A stretch of DNA of 64,000 bases from NCBI GenBank assembly GCA_963804165.1, contig CAWDPO010000010.1, positions 160,001-224,000 of the forward strand. The letters run 5' to 3'. This stretch comes from an uncultured delta proteobacterium (GTDB lineage Bacteria; Desulfobacterota; Binatia; UBA9968). The notes below the pieces were generated by a model. The model ran no database searches. It saw only the letters and a list, made by a program, of their open reading frames with translations, and was not told where the DNA came from. The position numbers and the translations under genes were made by a program. Positions 1 through 13,110 of the stretch are shown here, in pieces (the first letter of the stretch is position 1; each line of letters opens with the position of its first letter).

Positions 1-3177
<3,177 letters not shown>

Positions 3178-3395
3178 GGGAATAATCACTCCTAACAATT
3201 TCCCTAGGAAATGCAATCATTCCTGAGGCCAGAGAGACGACCCACGGCTGGAAAATGCCTGAAATAATTCGCCAACTCAGCTGGCGGATGGTTTCAGATG
3301 CGTCGCCCGCGCCGGCCCCGTTCACGCTCGGATCGTATATCCTTGCTACGGGTCAAAATCCGCCACGATCCGTCGCGATACTGCGCCGCCGCCTA

Positions 3396-3927
3396 CTAGG
3401 GCAATTCTTCAAAGGTAAGTTGATCGTTGGTGTAAACGCAGATGCCGGCAGCCACGCGCATAGCTTCCTCGGCGATGACGCGGGCGATCTAACTGAGTAT
3501 GCTTGACGAAAACCCGCGCCGCGGCCAAGGCATAATTGCCGCCCGAGCCGATAGCGATAACGCCATCGTCCGGCTCTATCACATCGCCGGCGCCGGAAAT
3601 CACCAATAAATCGCTGACGTCCGCGATCACCATCAAGGCTTCGAGCCGCCGCAAGACGCGATCCGTGCGCCAATCTTTGGCCAGTTCCACCGCCGCGCGC
3701 TTGAGATTGCCGTTGAACTGTTCCAGCTTGGCTTCAAATTTTTCGAACAGCGTGAATGCGTCCGCCGTCGCGCCGGCAAAACCGGCGATCACATTGTCAT
3801 GATGCAGTTTGCGCACCTTGCGCGCGCTATGCTTCATCACCGTCTGGCCCATGCTCACCTGCCCATCGCCCACGACGACGACTTTGCCGCCATGACGAAT
3901 CGCCAATATGGTCGTGCCCTGAAACAT
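3396..3927 (-). CDS. hslV: ATP-dependent protease peptidase subunit HslV, frameshifted near the C-terminus
   Basis: N-terminus MFQGTTILA (catalytic Thr), then GDGQVS and IGSGGNYA. The conserved C-terminus [15 protein letters not shown] lies in another frame, ending at TAG 3396-3398. Confidence 0.93.
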
Positions 3928-4000
3928 TTTAGATTTTACATTGCCGATTTTGGATTCCAGAATCGCGATTAAAATCCAAAATATAAAATCGAAAATTTAT
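3928..4000. repeat. AT-rich intergenic short repeats (GATTTT / AAAATC-like units in inverted arrangement)
   Basis: AGATTTT..CGATTTTGGATT followed by AAAATCCAAAATATAAAATCGAAAAT between xerC and hslV. Confidence 0.5.
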
Positions 4001-4910
4001 TCACGCCCTCGGGTGCGCCTTGTCATACACCGCCGTCAATTGATCCAAGTTCAAATGCGTATAGCGCTGCGTCGTCGACAGGCTCGCGTGGCCCAGCAAT
4101 TCTTGAATCACCCGCAGATCGGCGCCGCTGTTGAGCAGATGCGTGGCAAAGCTGTGGCGCAGCCCGTGCGGTCCCATCTTGATCTGAAGTCCGGCTTGTT
4201 TTAAATGCTTCTCAACGATGCGCGCGACGCTGCGCGTAGTAATCCGCCCGCCGCGGTTGTTTAGAAAAACTGGCGTTTCTCCCTTGCAGGCAACCTGCCA
4301 TTGCTTGCGCTGCTCCTGGCTGTAATCTCGCAACGCTTGCAAAGCTATCTCTCCAACCGGCACGATGCGTTCTTTCGAACCCTTGCCGACGACGCGAATA
4401 ATACCCAGTTGAAAATCAATGTCGGCCCAATTAAGGCCCACCAATTCACTCACCCGCACACCGGTACGAATAGAAAACTTCAAGCACGGCCCGGTCGCGC
4501 ACATCGAGCTGAGTCTTGATCTTGATCCCGCCCAACAGCTGAAAAACATCGTCCACGGAAAGAAAAGCGGGCAGCGGCTTCTCTTGCTTGGGCGAGTGAA
4601 TCGTAAGGAGCGGGTTCTTAGCGATTTTATGATTCGTTAGTAAATAACGGAAGAAACCCTTCAAGGCCGCAAGCTTTCTGCCGATCGAGCTCTTTTTCGA
4701 TCCTGGGTTAAAGACGCCAAGATACGCGCGTATCACGTGAACATCGACTTCTCCCACGTTCACGTTGCCTTCGCCGTCGACAGCCAACTCTCGCTCCGAT
4801 AGAAATTGGCGAAATTGCTCCAAGTCGCTCTGATAGTTGCGTAGCGTATGCGGTGAGACGTTGCGCTCATCGCGTAAATGGCCAGCATATTGTCGAATCA
4901 GCTCTTCCAA
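4001..4910 (-). CDS. xerC: Tyrosine recombinase XerC, one frameshift near 4460-4480
   Basis: N-terminal fragment has NVSPHTLRNYQSDL. C-terminal fragment has TGVRVSEL, GKGSKER, HGLRHSFATH, LLGH and TTQRYTH. Conserved xerC-hslVU linkage. Confidence 0.9.
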
Positions 4911-5017
4911 AGTCCTTTACCGCTTTTCCCAGAATATCACGCCTGCCGTCGGAGCGGAAATCATCCTGCGCTCTCGCTTTTAGCGGGCGTGCGATTGTGC
5001 TATCCGTTTGAGGCGAT

Positions 5018-5773
5018 ATGATTCAGGAAACCATTTCATTCAAAAACTCCAGAGGAGACACCCTGAGCGGCGTGCTCCATCACCCTGTGGAGGCAAGACC
5101 GAACGGCGCTGTGATTCTTTGCCATGGCATGGAATCGGATAAAAACAGCGACAAGTTGATATTTATGAGCCAAGCGCTGGCCGAGCGCGGCATTCTGACG
5201 CTCAGATTCGATTTCGCGTACGTCGGCGAATCGAGCGGCAGATTCGCGGACATTACGTATAGCGGCGAGGTCGACGACTTGAAAGCGGCATACGCGCTGA
5301 TGCAAAACCGCCAAGCCGGAAGGACCGCGATTCTCGGTTCGAGCATGGGTGGAAGCGTTGCCTTATTGTTCGCGGCTCAAGAGCCGACGGTCGCCGCGCT
5401 GGTCACCGTATCCGCGCCGCTCCATCCGGAAAATTTTCCGCGACGCATTTTGACCCGCGAACAAATCCAGCAGTGGCGTGAGCAAGGGTTCACGATTCAT
5501 AACGGCCAACGGCTCAACGTTTCGCTACTCGAGGATTTAGAGCGTATCGACGTGTCCGCGTCAGCGCGAAAAATCAACTGTCCGGTCCTGATCCTACATG
5601 GTGATGCCGATGAAGTTGTTCCTGTCGAAGAAGCTTACGAATTACACGGTTGTCTGCCAAACTCAAAACGTCTAACGATCTTGCAGGGAACCGATCATCG
5701 GCTCTCCGATCCGATGATCCTGCAGCGTGCGATCACCGAAGCGCTGGATTGGTTGACGGAATATGTCAGCTAA
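5018..5773 (+). CDS. Alpha/beta hydrolase
   Basis: HG oxyanion motif (LCHGM), GSSMG nucleophile elbow, HGDADEVV (Asp) and DHRL (His). Confidence 0.88.
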   Translation: MIQETISFKNSRGDTLSGVLHHPVEARPNGAVILCHGMESDKNSDKLIFMSQALAERGILTLRFDFAYVGESSGRFADITYSGEVDDLKAAYALMQNRQAGRTAILGSSMGGSVALLFAAQEPTVAALVTVSAPLHPENFPRRILTREQIQQWREQGFTIHNGQRLNVSLLEDLERIDVSASARKINCPVLILHGDADEVVPVEEAYELHGCLPNSKRLTILQGTDHRLSDPMILQRAITEALDWLTEYVS

Positions 5774-6192
5774 ACTTAGCTTAACAAAGTCATCGAAGAT
5801 CGTCCCCGCCGTTTTTGCCTTTGCGGTCCTGCTGGCGAGTTCTTGCGGTCACGATCTAAATACAGCCCAAGGCGTCGCCGAAGAGTTCGTCGATCAACAT
5901 TACGTCAGCCATCGACTTGCAGAAGGCCAAGGCGCTCGCCGTAAGCGTGGCTCTGCGCAAATTAGACGAGGAGATTCGGCTCACCGCCGGTCATAAAATC
6001 GACGCCTCGACGCAGAAACCGCGCGTCCATTACACCTTGTTGGAAAAAAAAGAAGGAGATCAGCGGGCGACATTCCTCTACGAAGGCAGGATTCAGTCGG
6101 ACGACAACACGTCGTTTACGCGTCAATGGTTGATTACCACCCGCAGGGAAGGAACCCAATGGCGCGTGTCAAATTATACCGAATCAGACTAA
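5763..6192 (+). CDS. Hypothetical lipoprotein, one frameshift near 5910
   Basis: Signal peptide with a lipobox-like LASSC in ORF 5763-5996 continues in ORF 5917-6192. Overlaps the upstream hydrolase stop. Confidence 0.6.
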
Positions 6193-6206
6193 AGGCGCTG
6201 AATGGC

Positions 6207-7528
6207 CTAAGCCCCGGCAGGCACAGCAGCCGGCGGCAGCGTTTCCTTAGGCTTTGACTTGATTTGCAACGCCAACCCCGCTGCAATCATCGCGATCACG
6301 CCGCCGGATAAGAAAGCAAATTGATAATCACCCATCCAGGTGCGAATGGCGCCTGCCGCAGAAGCCATAATCGCGGCGCCGATCTGGTGCGACATGAAAA
6401 TCCAGCCATAAACTTTGCCGACATTTTGCCTGCCGAAAGTATCGGCCGTGAGCGCCATCGACGGCGGCACCGTGGCAAACCAGTCGAGCCCATAAATGAT
6501 CGCAAAAAACACCAGGCCGGTAAAATTGTGCACGAAGGGCAGGATCAGCAGCGACACGCCGCGCAGGGCATAAACCAGCGCCAGCCATCTCTGCGGTTGC
6601 ACTTTGTCGACCATCCAGCCGGAAAAAATAGTGCCGACCATGTTGAGACCGCCCATAATGCCGAGCAGCGACGCCGCGGCGATTTGCGGAATGCCGATCT
6701 CGATTTCATGGGGGATGAGATGCGTGCCGATCAGCCCGTTGGCGGTACCACCGCAAACAAAGAAGCTTCCGGCGAGCAACCAAAAAGTCGGGTGGCTCAC
6801 GACTTCTTTGGCCGTGATTGTGGCATTTTTAGCGGGCATACCGCGCAAGGATGCCGCGCCGCCACCGCTTGCCGCACCCGTTTGACCAGCGCCGTAGGGC
6901 TCCAAACCAACGTCCGCAGGATCGTCGCGCATGAAAAGAAAAATCAGCGGCAGCAAAATCATCGCGACGACGATCAGCGTCATCGACCCCAAGCGCCAAC
7001 CGGCGTAGGTGATCATCGCCATAAAGAAGGGTAGAAAAATAATCTGACCGGTTGAGCTCGCGCTGCCGAGAATGCCAAGCGCCAGCCCGCGCCGGGCGAC
7101 GAACCAACGGTTGCCGATGGTCGCGGTCAATACTGAACCGACTCCACCGGCGCCGAGACCAACGACGACTCCCCAAACGAGAAAGAATTGCCAGAACTCA
7201 GTCATCGCCATCGTGCCGCTGACGCCGACGATCAGGAACAGGAGGCTTCCTATCATCAGTTTGCGCGGCCCGAAACGATCGATCAGATAGCCGCTGAGCG
7301 GCGCCGCAACACCGAACAACAGGAGATTCATGCTGACGGCAGAGGCAATCAGAGTCCGGCTCCAGCCAAACTCAGCTTCCAACGGATGAATCAACACCGA
7401 CGGCGACGAGCGCACCCCCGCGCTTGTCAAAGTCGTCAAAAAACAAAGCCGAGAACCAACCAACCGTAGTAAAAAGGCAGTGACAGCGGTGGACGCTTTG
7501 GGGTTGTGTCAGGACTGTTGTTGCTCAT
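6207..7528 (-). CDS. MFS transporter, frameshift near the N-terminus
   Basis: About 12 hydrophobic helices and motif A (GYLIDRFGPRK). The upstream ATG at 7528 gives MSNNSPDTTPKRPPLSLPFYYGWLVL, a typical FYYGW MFS start, out of frame by one base. Confidence 0.9.
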
Positions 7529-7667
7529 GACTTCATATCTACTCACCTTTGGCGCAAATCACAAACCACGACCATTCGGGAATGCTGTGTACTGGATGAG
7601 CCCATTCTCCTGCTCCGGCTCGGCATCGGTTTCCCGCTTCGAACATTGCATGCTATGACTTGCCGAC

Positions 7668-8276
7668 ATGAAGCCGCTCTTTACGTCGCTGGTATTTTGC
7701 TGGATCTTGGTTTGTGGCAGCGCACACGCTGCAGAATACCGCGAAGAGATCCCGTTTGTCCCGACGCCGATCGAAGTCATCGATCGAATGCTGGAGCTGG
7801 CTGAAGTTAAAAAAGGCGACGTGCTTTACGATCTGGGCAGCGGCGACGGCCGAATAGTGATCCGCGCCGCGAAAAAATACGGCATCCGCGCCGTCGGCAT
7901 CGAGATGGACCAATGGCTGTTGGACCAAGCGCGCCGGGATGCAAAATCCGCCGGCGTTAATCACCTCATCGAATTCCGTTCCGAAGACGCTCTCAAAGCG
8001 AATATCTCCGACGCCACCGTGGTAACGCTTTACATGCTGCCGTGGTTCAACGAAGCGATGAAACCCAGCTTTGAAAAACAGCTTAAACCCGGCAGCCGCA
8101 TCGTCGCCCACGACTTCGGCATCGCAGGCTGGCAGCCGGACAAGACGGTGAAGCTAGCCGGATACGAGCTCAAGATCGGCGGGTATAAGCATCAACACAC
8201 GATTTATCTGTGGCAGATTACCAAAGACCGAATTAAGCGTTCGCAAGCTCGTGCGTCGTCCCGCCAAGACCGCTGA
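7668..8276 (+). CDS. Class I SAM-dependent methyltransferase with an N-terminal signal-like segment
   Basis: Motifs PFVPTP, YDLGSGDGR, ATVVTLY and KPGSRIVAHDF. Confidence 0.88.
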   Translation: MKPLFTSLVFCWILVCGSAHAAEYREEIPFVPTPIEVIDRMLELAEVKKGDVLYDLGSGDGRIVIRAAKKYGIRAVGIEMDQWLLDQARRDAKSAGVNHLIEFRSEDALKANISDATVVTLYMLPWFNEAMKPSFEKQLKPGSRIVAHDFGIAGWQPDKTVKLAGYELKIGGYKHQHTIYLWQITKDRIKRSQARASSRQDR

Positions 8277-8309
8277 ACCGTGGCGACCATAAGCTGGCCG
8301 CCGGTGCTG

Positions 8310-8756
8310 TCATTCAGCGATCTTGACAAAGTCTCCCTTGAGCGCGACCCCGGCAATGACTGCGCCGGCATGACATTCGAACTCAGTTGGGCTCGACATG
8401 ACATCCTTCTTATAATAGCTGACGATGTTCACCACGGCATTGGCGCCCAATTGTTTGGCGCGCTTTTCTAGCTGAACCATTGCCGAAAGAAATACCCAAT
8501 TGCATGCCTTTTCGTCGGATTTCCCCACCGAATTGGTTTTGAGGTTAGTTACGTCGGTACCGAGCTTGGTCAGAACTTTCGGTGTCTCTTGGTTGCCGAA
8601 AAAGAACTTTATTGAGCCGTCAAGCTTGTCTTTTGCGTCCTTAACTTCCAAAGCAGCGGCGATCGGTAGAAGATATTTGGTATCACGCGCGTGGGTCGGC
8701 CACGTCACACCAATGACGCCACTGAAGACCAAGAAGATTACAAAAGTCTTTTTCAT
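8310..8756 (-). CDS. Secreted hypothetical protein (family often labelled 'excinuclease ATPase subunit'; YbjQ/RcsF-like), associated with APE-type clusters
   Basis: Signal peptide MKKTFVIFLVFSGVIGVTWPTHA, then KSDEKACNWVFLSA, AKQLGANAVVNI and FECHAG..GVALKG. No Walker motif. Confidence 0.7.
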   Translation of the reverse strand: MKKTFVIFLVFSGVIGVTWPTHARDTKYLLPIAAALEVKDAKDKLDGSIKFFFGNQETPKVLTKLGTDVTNLKTNSVGKSDEKACNWVFLSAMVQLEKRAKQLGANAVVNIVSYYKKDVMSSPTEFECHAGAVIAGVALKGDFVKIAE

Positions 8757-8971
8757 CGAACCACTCCTTTTCCGTTGATGTTGCGAATATAAACTCTTCA
8801 AACTAGCCAAGGCAACAAGATTTTTCTGAAGCGTATCCTTTGCGTGGAACTGAATGATTAAACTGAGCTTCCACTCCCACCGATCAATGCACCACGGCTG
8901 GACATGATCGACTCATCCTGACCTACCAAGAAGAATCCCATTGCGAATACTAAAATAACCGGGACTGCGAC

Positions 8972-10202
8972 CTAAACATATCGTCGAAAAACCAACGATG
9001 TATTGATCCCGCCAAAAGCGAAATTATTCGAGATAACGTATTCGCAATCCAACTCGCGACCTTGTTCGACAACGTAGTCGAGATCGGCACATTCTGGATC
9101 GACCTCGGCAAGATTGATCGTCGGGGCAAACCAGCCGGCGCGCATCATTTCGATACTGATCCATGCCTCCAGGGCACCACAGGCCCCGAGCGTGTGTCCC
9201 ATGTAGCTCTTCAACGAGCTTATCGGAACGCGATGGCGAAAAAGATTCCAAGTCGCCTGCGACTTCCGCGACATCGCCATGTTGAGTGCCGGTTCCATGG
9301 GCATTGATGTAGCCGATCGCCGACGGCGGCAAATCGGCGTCAGCCAAAGCCAGCTCCATGGCGATCTGCATAGTCTTCGCGTTGGGATGGGTTACGTGGC
9401 AGCCGTCACTGTTGGTGCCGAAACCGATAATCTCGGCGTAGATGGTCGCGCCGCGCGCCTGGGCATGCTCCAGCTCTTCGAGGATAAGAGTGCCGGCGCC
9501 TTCGCCGATCACCAAGCCGTCGCGCGCGGCGTCGAAGGGGCGCGGCGTCGTCGCCGCGGCGTCGTTGCGTACGCTGGTGGCGAATAACGTGTCGAAAACC
9601 GCCGCCTCGGTGACGCATAATTCCTCGGCACCGCCGGCAATCATCGCGATTTGATGACCCGCGCGAATGGTTTCATAGGCATAACCGATGCCCTGGCTCC
9701 CTGATGTGCATGCGCTCGAGGTCGTGATGATTCGCCCGGTCACGCCGAGAAACACGCCGAGATTGACCGGCGCGGTGTGTCCCATCATCTTAATATAAGT
9801 GGTGGCATTGATGCCTCTCGTGCTTTTCTCGTCGATCATCTTGCCAAAGTCGCAGATGGCTTTTGGCGTGCCCGCGGACGAACCGTAGGCGATGCCAAGC
9901 CTACCACTCTTTAGTAGAGCATCGTCCAGCAAACCCGCGTCAACAAGCGCCAGTTCGCTGGCGCGGGTCGCCATCAACGCCACTCTGCCCATGCTCCGGG
10001 TCGCCTTGATCGTGTAGCGTTCGGATAACGTGAAATCTGCGGCGGGCGCCCCGAGTTGAGTATTCAACCCGTCGTAGCCTGACCACTCTTCCATCTTCGT
10101 TATAGCGTTGCGGTAGCTGCCCAGTCGCGCGCGAATGCTGGGCCAGTCGTTGCCGATGGGGCTGATGCCGGCCATTCCAGTAACGGCGACTCGATGCTTC
10201 AC
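8972..10202 (-). CDS. Beta-ketoacyl-ACP synthase (FabF-like, ApeR-like), one frameshift near 9260
   Basis: Catalytic Cys in TTSSACTSG, INAHGTGT, then KSYMGHTLGACG and NNFAFGGIN in the second frame. Confidence 0.9.
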
Positions 10203-10925
10203 GCCAATCCTCCATTCACGGAAATGACCTGTCGAGTGATATAAGCAGCGCCATCCGTCAATAGAAAACTCACTGCCGCTGCAACCTCTTCGGGTTTACC
10301 GACCCGCCGCGCGGGGATCAGCTTGAGCGCTTCGTCCAATGGCACACCGGCGATCATGTCGGTTTCGATCAAGCCTGGCGCGACGCAATTAACCGTAATG
10401 TCGCGCGTTGCCAGCTCCAGAGCCAGCGCCTTGGTGGCGCCGATGATGCCGGCTTTGGCGGCGCTGTAATTGACTTGGCCGCGATTGCCGATCAAACCGG
10501 CGACGGACGCAAGGGTCACAATGCGACCGGGAGCACGCCGACGGACCATCGGCATGATCAGCGGATAGAGCACGTTGTAAAATCCATCCAGATTGGTCTT
10601 CAGCACGCAGTCCCAATCGTCACCGGTCATCGCCGGAAAAACATTGTCGCGGATAACGCCCGCGTTGCACACTACGCCGTAATAGCAATCATGCTGCGCG
10701 ATGTCCTGTTCCAGCAGTGCCGCGGCCTGGGCGCGCTCAGCGATATCGAATTGCAGCACGTGCGCCTCCCGGCCCATCGCGATAATGGACTTGCGCCACG
10801 CCATCGGCCTCGTCGCGTCGACTGCGGCAATGCACCACGATGTCGTAGCCGTCACGCGCGAGCCGTAGCGCGATCGCCTTGCCAATGCCTCTGCTCGAGC
10901 CGGTGACCAACACTCTCTTGCTCAT
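10199..10925 (-). CDS. fabG: 3-oxoacyl-ACP reductase (ApeQ-like), one frameshift near 10790
   Basis: VLVTGSSRGIG in the N-terminal fragment; CNAGV, YSAAK (YxxxK) and ISVNGG in the C-terminal fragment. Confidence 0.88.
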
Positions 10926-11374
10926 GGCCAACTCTCGTCAAAGTTGGCTTCACTGTCTGCGGGCTGAAATACGTTGACGCTGGCGTTGGCGAGCTCTCCA
11001 CTCTCGTCGTCGATGTGACAGTCAAAAGACGCCAAACCGTTGTCACTTTGCAAGACGCGCCTTATGTGAATCTTCAATACGCTGCCCCGCGCGAACAACG
11101 GCCGGTAACTCTCGTAACGCCTCGTGCCAAGCAGAAAGCCAATCTTTACCGGTTCTCCGCGCAGGCGCGCGCGATAGCCCGCATAGGCGCCGATCGCTTG
11201 CGCCATGTATTCTATACCGATCCAGGCGCCGACGCCGCCGTCCGCGTAAAACAAACTATTCGGGCGAATGACCACTTCCGCGCACAGGGTATTTTCATCC
11301 GCCGAGATGACGCGATCAAGCAAGACCATGGTCCCGCTGTGGGGCACCAGCGAGCGAATGTCGGGCATCTCCAT
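10922..11374 (-). CDS. Hotdog-fold 3-hydroxyacyl-ACP dehydratase (ApeP-like)
   Basis: LVPHSGTMVLLD, IEYMAQAI and GFLLGTR. Start chosen at MEMPDIRS. Confidence 0.85.
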   Translation of the reverse strand: MEMPDIRSLVPHSGTMVLLDRVISADENTLCAEVVIRPNSLFYADGGVGAWIGIEYMAQAIGAYAGYRARLRGEPVKIGFLLGTRRYESYRPLFARGSVLKIHIRRVLQSDNGLASFDCHIDDESGELANASVNVFQPADSEANFDESWP

Positions 11375-11375
11375 G

Positions 11376-12560
11376 TCATTCTCTCCCGAGCACAAGAGTC
11401 GCGTCGGAGCCGCCAAAGGCGAACGAATTGCTGAGTGCCCAGCGTAGTGGATGGCCCAAGCTGGCCCCCGGCTCGGCGATGTTGAGCTCCGGTAAGACCG
11501 GATCGCGCATGCCATCCCATAAATGTGGCGGCAACTTGCCCGTCGGATTTTCGTCCTGCATCGCTAACCAGCAAAGCCCCGCCTCGATCGCCCCGGCCGC
11601 GCCCAATGCATGCCCGGTAAACGGTTTGGTCGAGCTGACCGAAACCGTATCGCCGAACAGCGCGTGCATGATGCGCGTTTCCATGGCATCGTTTTGCATT
11701 GTTGCGGTGCCGTGCAAGTTCACATAGTCGACCTGCGCCGCGCCAATGCCCGCGCGCGACAAAGCACGCTCGACCGCCAAGCGCGCGCCCACGCCGGCCG
11801 GATCCGGGGCCGACATGTGATGGCCGTCGGACGATTCGCCCCAGCCGCGCAAAGACACGGTTGCGGGCTCACGACTCATCAAAAATAATGCAGCCCCTTC
11901 GCCGATATTGATGCCGTCGCGGTTTCGACTGAGCGGATTACAGCGCGTCGCGCTGACCGATTCAAGGGCGGAGAATCCAGCCACCGTAAATGCGCACAAT
12001 GAATCGACACCGCCCGCCAGAGCGGCGTCGCAAACGCCCATCGAGATTAACCGCGCCGCGCTGGCGAGTGCCTTGGCGCTCGACGCGCAGGCGTTGGAAT
12101 GAACGTAGGCCGGACCCGTCGCGCCAATCGCGCGCGCCAGCACAGCCGCCGGCGAGCCCAATTCCTGTTGGCCGTAGTGAAATCGCTCTGGCAACGATCC
12201 ACCCACGACGAGCTCTCGAACGGCGATTTCGCCTTCAGCGATACCGGACGTGCTGGTACCGATCACGACACCGACACGCGCGCCGCCAAAGCGCTCGATG
12301 GCACTCGCCACCGCGGCGTGTATCTGGCTTAGCGCCGCCAGAGCCAGCCGGTTGTTGCGGCTCCGGTCCGGCAACGGCAGCTCTTCGGAATCCGGCAATA
12401 GCCAGGCATCATTCACCCGCCCGAGCGGGAGCCTGCGCCCTGGTGAGTAAACATCCGTCGGCGCCACACCGCTTTGCGCCAGTTCCAACAGGCGCCGTTT
12501 GGTTTCGTCGAGTGTGTTGCCCAGCGGGCTGATCATCCCCAAATGAGTAAGATAAATCAT
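11376..12560 (-). CDS. Beta-ketoacyl-ACP synthase (ApeO-like)
   Basis: Catalytic Cys in HSNACASS, then VNLHGTAT, KPFTGHALGAAG and SNSFAFGG. Confidence 0.9.
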   Translation of the reverse strand: MIYLTHLGMISPLGNTLDETKRRLLELAQSGVAPTDVYSPGRRLPLGRVNDAWLLPDSEELPLPDRSRNNRLALAALSQIHAAVASAIERFGGARVGVVIGTSTSGIAEGEIAVRELVVGGSLPERFHYGQQELGSPAAVLARAIGATGPAYVHSNACASSAKALASAARLISMGVCDAALAGGVDSLCAFTVAGFSALESVSATRCNPLSRNRDGINIGEGAALFLMSREPATVSLRGWGESSDGHHMSAPDPAGVGARLAVERALSRAGIGAAQVDYVNLHGTATMQNDAMETRIMHALFGDTVSVSSTKPFTGHALGAAGAIEAGLCWLAMQDENPTGKLPPHLWDGMRDPVLPELNIAEPGASLGHPLRWALSNSFAFGGSDATLVLGRE

Positions 12561-12561
12561 T

Positions 12562-13110
12562 TTACGGATCGCTCGATACCGACTCGATCGACAACCGGTA
12601 GTGGTATCGAAGGTTTGCTAGATCAATTTTGCCGCTCCAGCGCGGTTCACCGCTGTAGTCGATCACCATGACCGGCCGATCGTCTAACATCAGTGTGCGA
12701 TGCCGGCCCAGTTCTTCGATGCGCCACCCTGGCGGCAACGCTTGCCGGATGGCGTCGGCAGGCCAGAGCGCCAGCTGCAAATCTTCCAATACATCCTCGC
12801 CGCGAAGCTGCGCCGGCAACATCGGATGGCGCCAGGACTGTAACACTCGGCCATCGTAATGCAGGGAAAGAACCCGTTGGCCAAGCACGAGACCGACCAA
12901 GTCCAATCGTTCAGCATCGACTTCGAGCGCCGCTTGAAGATCCTCGAAGCGCCCCTGCCGTTCCACACGGATCTGCTGCTGCAAGTTGATGGACGCGCCC
13001 AACGTCGCCGGCGCCAACCTCAATCCAAGCCGCGCCGGTTGGGGCGATGTCAGTGCACAAGCCGGGATGATCAGCGCCAACGAAACAAACCCCGCGAGAC
13101 TCCGAATCAC
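12562..13110 (-). CDS. DUF3261-family lipoprotein (ApeN-like)
   Basis: GTG start overlapping the upstream TGA, lipobox-like IPAC, and a VLEDLQLALWP motif. Position in the cluster fits. Confidence 0.75.
   Translation of the reverse strand: MIRSLAGFVSLALIIPACALTSPQPARLGLRLAPATLGASINLQQQIRVERQGRFEDLQAALEVDAERLDLVGLVLGQRVLSLHYDGRVLQSWRHPMLPAQLRGEDVLEDLQLALWPADAIRQALPPGWRIEELGRHRTLMLDDRPVMVIDYSGEPRWSGKIDLANLRYHYRLSIESVSSDP

Noticed and set aside
4001-4910. Tyrosine recombinase as a phage or island integrase
   Set aside because: Its size and the xerC-hslV-hslU context indicate housekeeping XerC; no att sites or mobile cargo were seen.
3242-8902. Shared 11-mer CCACGGCTGGA at about 3242 and 8892
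   Set aside because: It is short, does not extend, and is plausible by chance in 64 kb.
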